Origin: a virus
DNA length: 64,000 nucleotides
Virus record (IMG/VR): IMGVR_UViG_3300020182_000007
Reading direction: 5' to 3' (one strand)
The notes under the pieces were generated by a model that worked only from the letters and a program-made list of their open reading frames with translations, was not told the origin of the DNA and ran no database searches. The translations under genes and the position numbers were made by a program. This document shows positions 47,227 through 57,710 of this stretch, in pieces; position 1 is the stretch's first letter; every line of letters starts with the position of its first letter.

Positions 47227-48507
47227 TTATAGAGGAAACTTTAAGAAAATCTTTTGAGATTCTTTATCGATTCTATTTACTTGTACAACTATTTTATCTC
47301 CAGGGTTAAACGTATCTATAATACCTTCTGGGAATTCGCTAACGTGTAATAGTCCTACCAATCCTTCTTCAATCGATATAAATAATCCGTACTCCTTTTT
47401 AGTCTTTACTATAGCTTCAACATTACATGGTATTTTATATCTTTTATCAATATCTTTCCATGGATTATTAATGTTTTCTGCTTTTTGACTTAACGTAATT
47501 TTAGAGTTAGTTACGATATCTTTAACCCAGAATTCAATTGAATCTCCTGGTTTAATTTCACGCGACTTGAACTTAACCATTGTATCTTCATCTATGTCGT
47601 TTGCATGTATCATACCCGTTAGACAATCGTTAAATTCACAGAATATTCCGAACTTAGCAGTTCCAGTAACAGTTCCAGTAATCTTTTCATCGACTACTGC
47701 TTTAAGATTTTCAATCTCAGAAGGAATCAAAGCCTTTAAGTATTTTCTATGTGAAACTACTATCGTACCTCTTTCTTGTGAATGTGAAACAGGAACTACA
47801 TATAATTCTGTTCCTATTATTGATTCAAAGTCGTTGAGTTTATTAATACCAGCAAGTGATCCAGGCATAAAGCACTCAATTCCTTGTACTTCGACAATAT
47901 AACCTCCATTTTGTATCATGTGACTAACCTTACCAATCCATGCTGTATTTCCAGTTTCTATTCCAGATATTAAATCACCAAATGTCTTGTGCTTTATTCC
48001 TCCAGAAATAGATCCAGTAATATTGCCATCCATCTTAGCTCCAATTTCTGAAGTAATTAATACGGATACATCGTCTCCTGGCTTGTAATCTTCGACAATA
48101 GAAACCGGCTCCTTCGAAGTCTTTATGTATATAAGTTCTCTAAAGTTAGCATCTACTGTGATCCATTCGCTAGTGATTCCATAAATTTTACCTTCTACAA
48201 GTTCTCCTGGAGTTGCAGTTGCTTTAATGTTTTGAACGCTTGGGTGATCAGTATATAAGTTATACAATTCTTGAGCATATGATTCTCGAGAGTATACTCT
48301 GTCCTTACCCTTAGTTTTAATGTGAGGGTTAGGCTTTCTTTGCTTTGTTATACAAGTAGCTTCATATCCTTCCCAATCGAATTCACCATTATCACTAAAC
48401 CAATTTTTTTCTTTGGCTTTTGGTTTTTCTAACACAGCTTCCTGTGTTTCTTTTTGTACTGGTAATCCTATATTAGGTACCATTCGTTGTCTTTTGTTTT
48501 CTGACAT
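47227..48507 (-). CDS. rpsA: ribosomal protein bS1-like protein with four S1 domains
   Basis: Four OB/S1 repeats: GELVEGKIYGIT, GKVSHMIQNGGYIVEVQGIECFMPGS, GTVTGTAKFGIFCEF...GMIHANDI and AIVKTKKEYGLFISIEEGLVGLLHVSEF. Confidence 0.85.
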   Translation of the reverse strand: MSENKRQRMVPNIGLPVQKETQEAVLEKPKAKEKNWFSDNGEFDWEGYEATCITKQRKPNPHIKTKGKDRVYSRESYAQELYNLYTDHPSVQNIKATATPGELVEGKIYGITSEWITVDANFRELIYIKTSKEPVSIVEDYKPGDDVSVLITSEIGAKMDGNITGSISGGIKHKTFGDLISGIETGNTAWIGKVSHMIQNGGYIVEVQGIECFMPGSLAGINKLNDFESIIGTELYVVPVSHSQERGTIVVSHRKYLKALIPSEIENLKAVVDEKITGTVTGTAKFGIFCEFNDCLTGMIHANDIDEDTMVKFKSREIKPGDSIEFWVKDIVTNSKITLSQKAENINNPWKDIDKRYKIPCNVEAIVKTKKEYGLFISIEEGLVGLLHVSEFPEGIIDTFNPGDKIVVQVNRIDKESQKIFLKFPL

Positions 48508-48554
48508 TTATTTTTAATTTAAAAGTGTTAAAGTGTAACATGTTATATATCTAA

Positions 48555-49169
48555 TTAAACAGGGATTAATCCAACCCATGGAATTACAACAGGTGCTGGA
48601 ACAGGTGTTGTACCTATATACTGTCCCGCCATTGAACTCATATGATCTTTGAATCCCTTTGTAATATCTCCTGCTGCCTTTCTAAGAGAAACATTAAAAT
48701 CAGTTTCATTATCATAACTAGTGTATGCTTTCTTAAACCCTTGTGCAACTAGCACTGGATTTCCAGTAAACGTAACGATAGACCCTGGAGATGGAGTAAC
48801 TGCAGGAAGTTGAGGAGGTAACGGATTAATTATACCTGGTGAAATAGCAGGAACCCAATATGTAGATACTGCTAATCCAATTGGCATTAAAGTTGCTACG
48901 CTCGCTTTAAGATTTAAATTATACATCATGTTTAATGATGCAAAAATAGCAGACTGAATTGCTATTTTACCAGGCTCTAGAGCAGTTGGAACTAATATAT
49001 TCCTTTGTGAGGTCTCTTTCGCGCTTATTGCAGTATTGTGATATAAGTCAGTAATATCCTTTGCTAGCTCTGTTAAGTCTTGAACTCTACTTGCAGCAGG
49101 TTCTTCAGTAGAAGTTACCCTAGCTATTAGCAAGTCATATAGTTTATCTTCAAATTGAGTCCAAGTCAT
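48555..49169 (-). CDS. hypothetical protein (204 aa, Pro-rich), probably structural
   Basis: ORF track; lies downstream of baseplate hub genes. Confidence 0.6.
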   Translation of the reverse strand: MTWTQFEDKLYDLLIARVTSTEEPAASRVQDLTELAKDITDLYHNTAISAKETSQRNILVPTALEPGKIAIQSAIFASLNMMYNLNLKASVATLMPIGLAVSTYWVPAISPGIINPLPPQLPAVTPSPGSIVTFTGNPVLVAQGFKKAYTSYDNETDFNVSLRKAAGDITKGFKDHMSSMAGQYIGTTPVPAPVVIPWVGLIPV

Positions 49170-49180
49170 TTTCTATAAGG

Positions 49181-50194
49181 TTAATTTAAAGTTTCGGTAT
49201 TGTTACTAGAAGTTGGAGATTCAACAAATAGGCTAGGTTTTATTATTTCTAAGATATTAAAATTCTTATCATAATATCTAGCACCTCGATATGGAGTTGT
49301 TGTAAATTTGTAGTTGTTGTTGTTTTCTTCCATAACCTTAGATTCTTTAAGAATATCACCAATATGCGGATCGCTCTGTAATTTTATATCTTCTATTATT
49401 GGAGTTAAGTCCTCTTTTTTCACAGGAACCTCAATACCTCCTATTAGATCTTCAGTAAGAGTATTTCCAATTATTAGTTCAGTACCTACTATATTTACTG
49501 TTAACGCTCTAATATTATCTTTAAGAGCTTTTTCTAATATTCTAAGTTTAAATATGTATTGATGAATAGTGGCATATCTTCCTTCTTGATAATATTCAAT
49601 ACCTCCAGGGACATAGTTATTGACCCTAGATAGTTGAACGTTATACAAAATCTGCTTACTACCTGGTAATATCCAATCATATTTCTTGTAAAAGTATACT
49701 GGATTTTTAAACTCAGCAGAATCCGGGTCTATTGGAACAATGTAAGATTTTAATCTTAGATCAGAACCTGCCGATAATGATTCTTCAACAAACTCTCCCT
49801 TAAATGAACCATTATTAATCTTTTTAACAGGAAGTTTCCAAATTAAAGAACTTCTTAATTCAGTACCAGCATCGATCAAATAACTATTCATATTCCTTAT
49901 TGGAATTGTTGAAGCTGTGCTACTGTTGCTATTTACTAAGTCAAACACTAGATTCCAGTTAAAATAATATGATCCAATAAATGGCAATGTTTTCTTAACA
50001 TTGCTGCCAACATTAATTATAGCGCTTCCTAAATAATATTCTTGTAAAACAACCTTAAGGTCTTCTATAAATTCATTCTCTTCTAATTTTACTCTTTCTA
50101 GATATCCAGAAGCGTATCTATAATCGATATCCTTTATTTTAGTTTCAATAATATAGTTTTCGCCCCACTTTTCTATTAATTCGGAAATTGTCAT
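49181..50194 (-). CDS. hypothetical protein (337 aa)
   Basis: ORF track; tiles in the operon. Confidence 0.6.
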   Translation of the reverse strand: MTISELIEKWGENYIIETKIKDIDYRYASGYLERVKLEENEFIEDLKVVLQEYYLGSAIINVGSNVKKTLPFIGSYYFNWNLVFDLVNSNSSTASTIPIRNMNSYLIDAGTELRSSLIWKLPVKKINNGSFKGEFVEESLSAGSDLRLKSYIVPIDPDSAEFKNPVYFYKKYDWILPGSKQILYNVQLSRVNNYVPGGIEYYQEGRYATIHQYIFKLRILEKALKDNIRALTVNIVGTELIIGNTLTEDLIGGIEVPVKKEDLTPIIEDIKLQSDPHIGDILKESKVMEENNNNYKFTTTPYRGARYYDKNFNILEIIKPSLFVESPTSSNNTETLN

Positions 50195-50892
50195 TATTTA
50201 TCTTTTTGTAAAAACGAATTGCTTGTTAAATCAGCCTTTAATCCTGGAACTGCGGTTGCAGATGTAGGAGGAAGTGGAGGACCACTAGGCCCTACTCCAG
50301 TCGGGTGAGTATGCGCTAAGTAATCATCTAGTAGTGTATCTAGCCAAGTTTGTAGATCTACTCCTCTAACGGCAGGTTGCGTTGCATCTCCTCCATCATT
50401 AGTCGCGATGAATATATCACCTGAATTTAAAAATATTTGGCCTTCTGGACTAAATCTGATCATCGGAGCCTCTGTATTAGTAGCGCCAGTAGTCATTACT
50501 AGCCCATCTTCTGGTGAATAATAAACTCTTAAATTTCTTTTGGCGTCGTATACTATTGATATAACGTCCTGTGGATATTCGGAAATTTCTAAAACATCAC
50601 TCTTCAGATCACTATTCTGATCCACCTGGAACCAATATTCTGGGTGGTATATATTACCATTGTCGAATCTGATCGCAACAACATCACCAACCCTAGGAAC
50701 CGAGTGTGCACCTGGTAAATTACGATTCATTGGGCTAGCCCATGGAATAGCATCTGGTGGAAGTTTATCGAATTTACCAAATACCATAACTTTGCATCTT
50801 CCATTTAGTAACGGATCTTCGTTATCCACTACTTCACCGATCCAGTGAGTTTCCCTAGTATTATCAGAGTTTAATTCTTTAATTGTTGACAT
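50194..50892 (-). CDS. baseplate central spike protein (gp5/gpV-like OB fold)
   Basis: WIGEVVDNEDPLLNGRCKVMVFG...WASP...VPRVGDVVAIRFDNGNIYHPEY; C-terminal HTHPTGVGPSGPP metal-binding spike tip. Confidence 0.85.
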   Translation of the reverse strand: MSTIKELNSDNTRETHWIGEVVDNEDPLLNGRCKVMVFGKFDKLPPDAIPWASPMNRNLPGAHSVPRVGDVVAIRFDNGNIYHPEYWFQVDQNSDLKSDVLEISEYPQDVISIVYDAKRNLRVYYSPEDGLVMTTGATNTEAPMIRFSPEGQIFLNSGDIFIATNDGGDATQPAVRGVDLQTWLDTLLDDYLAHTHPTGVGPSGPPLPPTSATAVPGLKADLTSNSFLQKDK

Positions 50893-52043
50893 TAATCGTA
50901 TATGTTTTCGTTAATAGGTCCTTCTTCATCAGTTGGAACTGGACCTCCATGTACATTGGAGCTAATAAAATCAGTACCTCCAGAAACTATAGTACCGTGT
51001 ATATTTGAATTAATTGGTGAATCTCCTCCAGGTGAAATTTGATCATATACTTCTCCTAGGTTTCCTGCTGGGGTGTTTGTAGGACTACTATTAGATCCTC
51101 TCACCATATTTGCTAGTCCATTAATAGACCCTGCAGATATAGCATCTTGTATAGAAGAAAGTGTGTTAACCCCATACACGTTTCCAAGTAATAAGTTTGC
51201 AAGTACTTTGTCTTTTAATCTACTTGCAGCTCCATCAACAACGGATCCTAGTTTTTCAGCAGCTATAGAACCAATCATTTCACCAATTGTCTTATCTTCT
51301 TTTATAGCGTTGTTTGCATATTCTCCATCAAAGGAAACGCTATTGTAAAAGAATTTAATAGTTGGTGCGATCGCTGTATCCGGATTTCTAGTAAGGCTCG
51401 CGAAAACATTACTCGTAGAATCAATATCCCATAAACAATCTGATAGAGATACTTTAAAGAAAGGTCTAGCGTTCTTAACGCTGCTATCTTTTAAAAATTC
51501 AGGAGTTGTAGCTCCAGTAACTGCGCTAATTTTATTAATAGCATTTTTAGAGAAAGAAGAACCAAAGTCTCTAACTTCTGAAACCCAAATATGTATTGTA
51601 AAATATCTATAGTTTTTTGGTATTACTTCAACCCATCTGCTCAAATCATAAGCTGCCTTTTTGTATAGATCAAACATTCCAGAAACTGTTAATTCTACAG
51701 TTTCTAAACATGTGATTTCAATTGCTTTATCGCCAGCACCGTACCAAGGCTCTTCCATTTTTCCATACTGCTTAGTAGCTTCTAATCCTGAAACACTTTG
51801 CCAAAACCATGGAAACTCACTATTTACTCTCTTTAAAATTTTAATAAAGTTTTCTAAATGTACTGCCTTTTCCTCGTCTTGTGCAACATTCCTAAGATAT
51901 GATGTAGCCTGTCCATTCAACAATGGTGATTTCTCCGTATAGTAATCGAACATAAAAAAAAACGACAAGTATGTAGGATCCTCAGCCATTTTGCTGTATT
52001 TGTATCCTTTTCTAAAGTCCTTTACGGTTCTATAATCTTGCAT
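50892..52043 (-). CDS. baseplate/tail-tube initiator-like structural protein (383 aa)
   Basis: Context between hub and spike; tube-like pattern in the N-half. Confidence 0.45.
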   Translation of the reverse strand: MQDYRTVKDFRKGYKYSKMAEDPTYLSFFFMFDYYTEKSPLLNGQATSYLRNVAQDEEKAVHLENFIKILKRVNSEFPWFWQSVSGLEATKQYGKMEEPWYGAGDKAIEITCLETVELTVSGMFDLYKKAAYDLSRWVEVIPKNYRYFTIHIWVSEVRDFGSSFSKNAINKISAVTGATTPEFLKDSSVKNARPFFKVSLSDCLWDIDSTSNVFASLTRNPDTAIAPTIKFFYNSVSFDGEYANNAIKEDKTIGEMIGSIAAEKLGSVVDGAASRLKDKVLANLLLGNVYGVNTLSSIQDAISAGSINGLANMVRGSNSSPTNTPAGNLGEVYDQISPGGDSPINSNIHGTIVSGGTDFISSNVHGGPVPTDEEGPINENIYD

Positions 52044-52051
52044 ATCTTTAT

Positions 52052-53557
52052 CTATGTATTTGGTTCAATAGCGCCCATTCTAGCAGGCCAATCTCTTCTA
52101 ATTAACGTTACCTTTTGTGTAAATCTACCAACGCTTTGTTTGTATATTATATCGATTGATTCTACAAGATAATATCCAGTGACAAATTCTTCAAGTGCCT
52201 GATCTGGTTCTTCGTTGTCGTCTGATGGTACTTCAATAGTAGATTCAGTAAATCCTAATTCTTTTTTTTGCTTCTTTAAATCTACAGTGTTACCAACAAC
52301 GGTTTTGTCATAGCTGTACCATAGAACTGGAACTTTTTGATATCTATATAACGAAGGATTAAATGACTCTAAGGTAAGAGTAATCTTTATCTTTTGAGTT
52401 TCATCAAAATTTCGTATATTATTTAGTTGCGTAAACACATGGTTTTGGTGTACATTTCCTAATCCGTCTTCTCCAACGTCTTGTCTTCCTATATATTTAT
52501 GCTTAACTAGATCAACATAACCTTCACTTTCTCTATTTCCTTTCAAAGGCTCGGTAATATCTGTTATATTTTCTGGGTTAGTAGAAAGGGCTTCAATTGT
52601 AAATTCCTCTTTCCTTGCATCTGGCTCAGCGTTATTGTCATATACTAGAGCTTCTCTAAAATGACCATGTAATTCAGTTATTGAATTTGACTGGTTTTCA
52701 ATATCAATTTGATTTACATATTGATTACTTTGCTTGAATTGTCTGTTATTTGTTAAAAATAACTTTGTAGGAATAGAATCATCATCTTCATCAACACCTT
52801 CGCCTTCTGCGAAAGAAACAGCTCCTGAAGAAACTAAGTCTTCAAACTCATCAAGTGGTGGATTTTTAGTATTAAAGATCTTATTAATGTCTACGAAGTT
52901 TAAATAATAATACGGATCAATAAAAAAGTTTTGAAAAGATTCATCACTAACATATGAAGAGGATACTATCTCCTTTATAAAATCAATATAATTTATAAAG
53001 GCTTGAATTCTTACCTGATCGTCCGTAGTAACATCTATGTTTGATGCTAAACCAAGCCCTAATTCTTGTGCAACCTCTGTCAAATGATCAAGTGAACTAC
53101 CTACCTCTAAATGTCGACAATTCTCAGCAAACAGTTTAGGTATACTTACTCTTCCTGAAATAGAAACTTTTTTAGGGTCTCCTTCTTCACCAGGATCTGT
53201 AGAAATATTAAGAATTTCTACATCTATGTGAATAGACTTAAATGTGCTTTGATTTTTAGAACCAATATATACTGTAAAAACATCTCCATCTCTAGGAAAT
53301 GCATCAATACCAAATGCTTTTTTAGAATCTAACAAAGTAACGTCAACAAATGGTATTATACCCTCGTTTGAAATTTCGAAATCTAAAACATCACCTCTTT
53401 CAAACGAGTATCCATTGATCGTAATAACAGGAGTATCAATACCAAAGGTTTTAGTAACTTTCGGTCCTCCATTATCCTCTCCATCAGCAACTGTTTTTAA
53501 TTCTTTTGGTCGAATTGATGGCTCTACGAGAGCTAATATGTTATTTCCTAACTCCAT
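52052..53557 (-). CDS. baseplate hub protein (gp27-like), putative
   Basis: About 500 aa, upstream of the spike gene; TGYYLVESIDIIY...FTQKVTLIRRDW hub-type C-terminus. Confidence 0.55.
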   Translation of the reverse strand: MELGNNILALVEPSIRPKELKTVADGEDNGGPKVTKTFGIDTPVITINGYSFERGDVLDFEISNEGIIPFVDVTLLDSKKAFGIDAFPRDGDVFTVYIGSKNQSTFKSIHIDVEILNISTDPGEEGDPKKVSISGRVSIPKLFAENCRHLEVGSSLDHLTEVAQELGLGLASNIDVTTDDQVRIQAFINYIDFIKEIVSSSYVSDESFQNFFIDPYYYLNFVDINKIFNTKNPPLDEFEDLVSSGAVSFAEGEGVDEDDDSIPTKLFLTNNRQFKQSNQYVNQIDIENQSNSITELHGHFREALVYDNNAEPDARKEEFTIEALSTNPENITDITEPLKGNRESEGYVDLVKHKYIGRQDVGEDGLGNVHQNHVFTQLNNIRNFDETQKIKITLTLESFNPSLYRYQKVPVLWYSYDKTVVGNTVDLKKQKKELGFTESTIEVPSDDNEEPDQALEEFVTGYYLVESIDIIYKQSVGRFTQKVTLIRRDWPARMGAIEPNT

Positions 53558-53559
53558 AT

Positions 53560-54117
53560 TTAAGTATTACCTAATCTATTTGGTTTAGTGTCTTTTATTA
53601 CTGCATCAGTAACAGGATCTGACTGTGCCTGTACTCCGAAAGTAATAGCACCTTTTTCAATCTTGTATGTTTTCTTTCCAACCGGAATAACATTTGGCGG
53701 AAGTAAATTTTCTTTGTTGTACTTTTTCTTAAGAGCGATAATTCTCTTTTGATCCTGTTTAGTCAACCTCTTAGTGTCAATAAACTTTTGCTTTACTATA
53801 TCCTCACTTACTTCTTTAGGTCTATTATATTTCTTAATAGGAATATCAACACTTGGTATTTCAATAATATCTCCTTTCTTAACCGCAAACGGATCAGAAA
53901 TACCATTGTATTTCAAAATTAAATCAAGAGTGTCTGTATTACCATGCCACTTCGATGCAATTAGATCTGGCCTGCCTTCTTCAAAGTCAGTCACCAAATG
54001 TTCTGCAACAAAAAATTCAGGATTATTAACATCCATAAATAGAAGAGTAGGTGCCGTCAATATTAATTTAACACCGTCATTTATTTTATTAACTATAGTC
54101 TTTAGATTCATATCCAA
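53560..54117 (-). CDS. LysM-like baseplate wedge protein (gp53-like)
   Basis: GRPDLIASKWHGNTDTLDLILKYNGISDPFAVKKGDIIEIP. Confidence 0.7.
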   Translation of the reverse strand: MDMNLKTIVNKINDGVKLILTAPTLLFMDVNNPEFFVAEHLVTDFEEGRPDLIASKWHGNTDTLDLILKYNGISDPFAVKKGDIIEIPSVDIPIKKYNRPKEVSEDIVKQKFIDTKRLTKQDQKRIIALKKKYNKENLLPPNVIPVGKKTYKIEKGAITFGVQAQSDPVTDAVIKDTKPNRLGNT

Positions 54118-54125
54118 TTTTAATT

Positions 54126-55949
54126 TTATCCAGCACCTAAGTCTGAAATTCTAGTTTGCATTCCAGTAGGTATTTTCTTACCATAAGCATCAACCTGACC
54201 TTCTCTTGGAGAAGTAGGTAGCCCGTCATCTGGTTGAAGATACATTCTACCTCGACCTGCGTTAAACATACTTTCTATTTCACCTTTATCTCTAGCCCTA
54301 CCTGGCTTAAGAGTTATTGTAACTTTTAATTTAGAAGGAAAATCTTCATATCCAAGAGGACCTTCAAACTCATATTGCGTGTCATGTAGACATAGATTAC
54401 CTATTACCATCATAGGTGCCATAGGATTTCCGACAGTTAAATGCCAGTTTCCAGTTGGATCTCCAGATATAAATGCGGCGGCAACTTGACCACCTGCAGG
54501 TCCTCCAAACAACTTCATTAAACCACCTCCAATAATATTGTCTAATATTTTACTGTTACCTAATGAGTTTAGCATTTCAGATCCACTTCCATTTTTTGCT
54601 CCAGATTTTAATCCTTCCCATGCAGATGCAAGTCCTCCACCGGCTGCTCCAGCGCCTCCCATTATTTGTTGACCCATTCCTGATAAAAATCCAGCGTAAT
54701 CACCGCTCCTAAGCTTGTCCATATCTCCAAACGGCTTTCCTACTCTTCCACTACCTCCAGTGTATCTTGTAGCGCCTCCCCAAAATGGTGCATTGTTATA
54801 TGTAAGGGATAGTATATTAGCCATAGTGTCCATAAATGCAGCCTTTGGTGAAGTATTACCATATCCTTTTAAATCGTAATGAAACACTAAAGTAAAATTA
54901 TGGTCAAAAGAAAGACCCTGCTCTCTAGCTAATACCTCTTTAATAACATTATATGGACCAAATACCTTATTTGGATAAGTCTCTTTAGTGGCATCAAATC
55001 CAGCGCCTCTTGCTCTTCTGTTCGCTGCATCTACCGAACCAAGTCCATTATATCCCGCCTCAACAGCAGACATTAACGGACTCTTGTCAATCGCATCGCC
55101 AACAAGTCCTCTTTTTCTTCCTTCAGTAGCTATTGTTTGTATTTCAGAAGTGATTTTTTTCCAAGCATATGACGTTTTAAAATTTAAAATACTCTTAAGA
55201 TCGTTTCCAAGTGCCGGAGACATCCATGTTATTGCTCTCGCTAAATCTGGAGTATGTGAATCTTTAACTTCTCCAGAATTTGTAATTATTTTAGGACTTA
55301 TAATATCATCATTTACGGGATATGGAAATCTACGCAAAGTAACTAAGTGATTGTTACTAATTTGTCCATAATTGGCACATTGCGCAAAATCAATTAAATC
55401 ATAATCAAATCCAAGACTAACAGAATTAGATTCTTTCGCATAAGATACTATGTTTTTCGCAGTTGGTTCTACAGCCTTACCATACATCGATGTTGACATT
55501 TCTTCAGAATTACTACCCTTCCCGTCGGCAGTAGCTCCTTTAATATTGCTAGTTTTAAATAGATTCCATCTATTCATTGCAGAGTTAACTGCAACTCCAG
55601 CATCAATTGTAGTACCGGGATCTGTAACCTTTTGCTTATCTCCAGTACCCGAAGTTTCCTGATCTACTACATATTTTGCAGCATCTCTTGCTACCTTTCC
55701 TTTATATAGTCCTCCTGAACCTGCAGAAATATTCTGCAGCGTTGTTTTACCACTATTTCCATTAGTAGTTGCGTCTGATGTAGGATTTCCTTTAGCACCA
55801 TCAATAATATTAGGTGACGTAAATTCGTTTCCTGTAAAACTTTCTCGATATCTAAAGCTATCTCCATCCATCCCAACGAACTGTAGAGAAGAAGAAGCCT
55901 TACTAATAACATCATTTGCTATAGCCTTTATTGAGTCTTTTAGCGACAT
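54126..55949 (-). CDS. structural protein (607 aa; tube-cap/baseplate-like, Gly-rich region)
   Basis: First gene after the GATATATA motif (55970-55977); C-terminal GNLCLHDTQYEFEGPLGYEDFPSKLKVTITLKP resembles gp48/gp54 tube-initiator ends. Confidence 0.5.
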   Translation of the reverse strand: MSLKDSIKAIANDVISKASSSLQFVGMDGDSFRYRESFTGNEFTSPNIIDGAKGNPTSDATTNGNSGKTTLQNISAGSGGLYKGKVARDAAKYVVDQETSGTGDKQKVTDPGTTIDAGVAVNSAMNRWNLFKTSNIKGATADGKGSNSEEMSTSMYGKAVEPTAKNIVSYAKESNSVSLGFDYDLIDFAQCANYGQISNNHLVTLRRFPYPVNDDIISPKIITNSGEVKDSHTPDLARAITWMSPALGNDLKSILNFKTSYAWKKITSEIQTIATEGRKRGLVGDAIDKSPLMSAVEAGYNGLGSVDAANRRARGAGFDATKETYPNKVFGPYNVIKEVLAREQGLSFDHNFTLVFHYDLKGYGNTSPKAAFMDTMANILSLTYNNAPFWGGATRYTGGSGRVGKPFGDMDKLRSGDYAGFLSGMGQQIMGGAGAAGGGLASAWEGLKSGAKNGSGSEMLNSLGNSKILDNIIGGGLMKLFGGPAGGQVAAAFISGDPTGNWHLTVGNPMAPMMVIGNLCLHDTQYEFEGPLGYEDFPSKLKVTITLKPGRARDKGEIESMFNAGRGRMYLQPDDGLPTSPREGQVDAYGKKIPTGMQTRISDLGAG

Positions 55950-55995
55950 ATATAGAATGTATTTTTCTTTATATATCCCTTAAATAATATAGGTA

Positions 55996-56607
55996 CTATA
56001 CCCATTCTCCCATGTCCATCTCTTTTGAACTGGGATTGTAGAACATATTATCGATCCAAGAAGGATCTGTTGGCATTCTTTCTCCTAAAAACTTTTTAAG
56101 AGATGCTATAAACTCTCCTTTAGAATTAAAAGCGAATTCTCCTTTTGCCTTTCGGTATGGATATCTTGTAGACATTTCATAGACCTCTTTTATTTTTTGT
56201 TCGATCATGAATGTTTGTAGATTATTAAAAAGATTATTTTGCTCATTAAGGGTCTTAACACAAAATACAGAATCTACAACTATTAAATACTTTTTCCAAG
56301 CTTCTCCATTAAATAACTCATCAGTAAGATGCTCTATATTTTTATAGTTTGTTCTTTTTGCATTTATTCGAGTCTCCCTGCCCTCAAAATCTCTAATAAA
56401 TCTACCTCCAAATAGATTTTGTTTTAAAAAGTACATGTTATCGTAGAACTTTTTGATTCTAATTTGGTATTGTGGATTAATATCATCGAACTTAACATCA
56501 TAAATAAGCCCCCTTACAGGGATCAAAACGTTAGGTTGCTGAGTAGTAGAAATAAGAGCTTGTACATATTCTCCTTTAGAAAAAAGTTTATGCTTAATCA
56601 TTTTCAA
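55996..56607 (-). CDS. hypothetical protein (203 aa)
   Basis: ORF track; tiles on the coding strand. Confidence 0.65.
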   Translation of the reverse strand: MKMIKHKLFSKGEYVQALISTTQQPNVLIPVRGLIYDVKFDDINPQYQIRIKKFYDNMYFLKQNLFGGRFIRDFEGRETRINAKRTNYKNIEHLTDELFNGEAWKKYLIVVDSVFCVKTLNEQNNLFNNLQTFMIEQKIKEVYEMSTRYPYRKAKGEFAFNSKGEFIASLKKFLGERMPTDPSWIDNMFYNPSSKEMDMGEWV

Positions 56608-56992
56608 TAAATCTTACATTATCAAACTTGCTAAGTATATGGTTTTTAGGATAATCAGATCTATTTATAACTATTAAATCAAGCTGTACCTCATTAAAGA
56701 TTGAGCTAATAAATTCTTTAAAGGTATCGATAGTTTCCGTGTCTAAGTTTTTAAATAGAAATGCAACGTTAACTTCTTCTTCTTCTTCAAACTTATTAGG
56801 AATGTTTCGGAATAATTTTTGAATGTATAGAGAGATAATAACATCGGATGGCGCGTTGTCTCCTGGGTCGCTTTTCAGTAGGCGGTTGAAAATTTCGCTA
56901 TATGAAATTATAGCATTAAAATCTTCTTTCCTGCAATACTTATCAAAATGCGACTTAGTGTTACACCATACTCCTGCTATTTTTATTATCAT
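56594..56992 (-). CDS. hypothetical protein (132 aa)
   Basis: ORF track; tiles on the coding strand. Confidence 0.65.
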   Translation of the reverse strand: MIIKIAGVWCNTKSHFDKYCRKEDFNAIISYSEIFNRLLKSDPGDNAPSDVIISLYIQKLFRNIPNKFEEEEEVNVAFLFKNLDTETIDTFKEFISSIFNEVQLDLIVINRSDYPKNHILSKFDNVRFIEND

Positions 56993-57316
56993 TTATTTTA
57001 AGTAAGTCTCAAGAACTTTAATTTCGTTTTTTAAATCCTTGATTTTTTTTTTAATATTAGTAGGGTCTTGTTTTTGAATGCTACCCCACTCTTTACTAAC
57101 AACAACCTTGTATTTATCAAGGTTGTTACCTGTCGCTATTCCTAGGTCAAGTGTTAAATCTGATAGAAAGCTTACTATGGAATCCTTGTTTTCGTCGTCT
57201 CTATCAAAATCATACACTATCCTAGAAAGATGTTCTTCTCCAGCTCCGTTAATTGAATCATCAAATATTATTTTAACAACCCCATTATCCGCGGGTTCTA
57301 GTGTAATACTAACCAT
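56993..57316 (-). CDS. hypothetical protein (107 aa)
   Basis: ORF track; tiles on the coding strand. Confidence 0.65.
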   Translation of the reverse strand: MVSITLEPADNGVVKIIFDDSINGAGEEHLSRIVYDFDRDDENKDSIVSFLSDLTLDLGIATGNNLDKYKVVVSKEWGSIQKQDPTNIKKKIKDLKNEIKVLETYLK

Positions 57317-57317
57317 A

Positions 57318-57710
57318 TTATTTTCTATTAGCCTTAGAATCTTCAGCCTGTTTTTTAAGTCGTCTAGATTCTTTTTTATCAGATCTATATGTTTCTTTAT
57401 TTTTAATCACACTAAGTGACCATGCTTCTTCTAGCATTTTAATTTCGTCAGCATTATAACCATAATCGCTCCAACTTTTTTTAGCTACTTCTAATTTTTC
57501 CTCAAGAATTTGCGCATTTTTAGCATCAATTTTATCAACATGTTGTTGATGTAACTTGCGGCCATTTTCCATGTTCTGCGCTCTTATCTGAGATTTTTGA
57601 AGGCTTAAAAAGCTCATTTTAGAAATCAATTTAAGAATTCCTCTTTCTTTTAGCATTTGTCTTCTTTGTCTTCTATTAAGAAGCATTGGCTGTTGTGTTT
57701 GTTCAATCAT
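57318..57710 (-). CDS. hypothetical basic helical protein (130 aa)
   Basis: ORF track; NRRQRRQML basic motif. Confidence 0.65.
   Translation of the reverse strand: MIEQTQQPMLLNRRQRRQMLKERGILKLISKMSFLSLQKSQIRAQNMENGRKLHQQHVDKIDAKNAQILEEKLEVAKKSWSDYGYNADEIKMLEEAWSLSVIKNKETYRSDKKESRRLKKQAEDSKANRK

Noticed and set aside
18515-55915. Nested minus-strand alternative-frame ORFs (18515..18757, 26268..26504, 30757..30963, 45375..45668, 55691..55915; also 61650..61853)
   Set aside because: They are fully inside better-supported genes, with no motifs or leader evidence.
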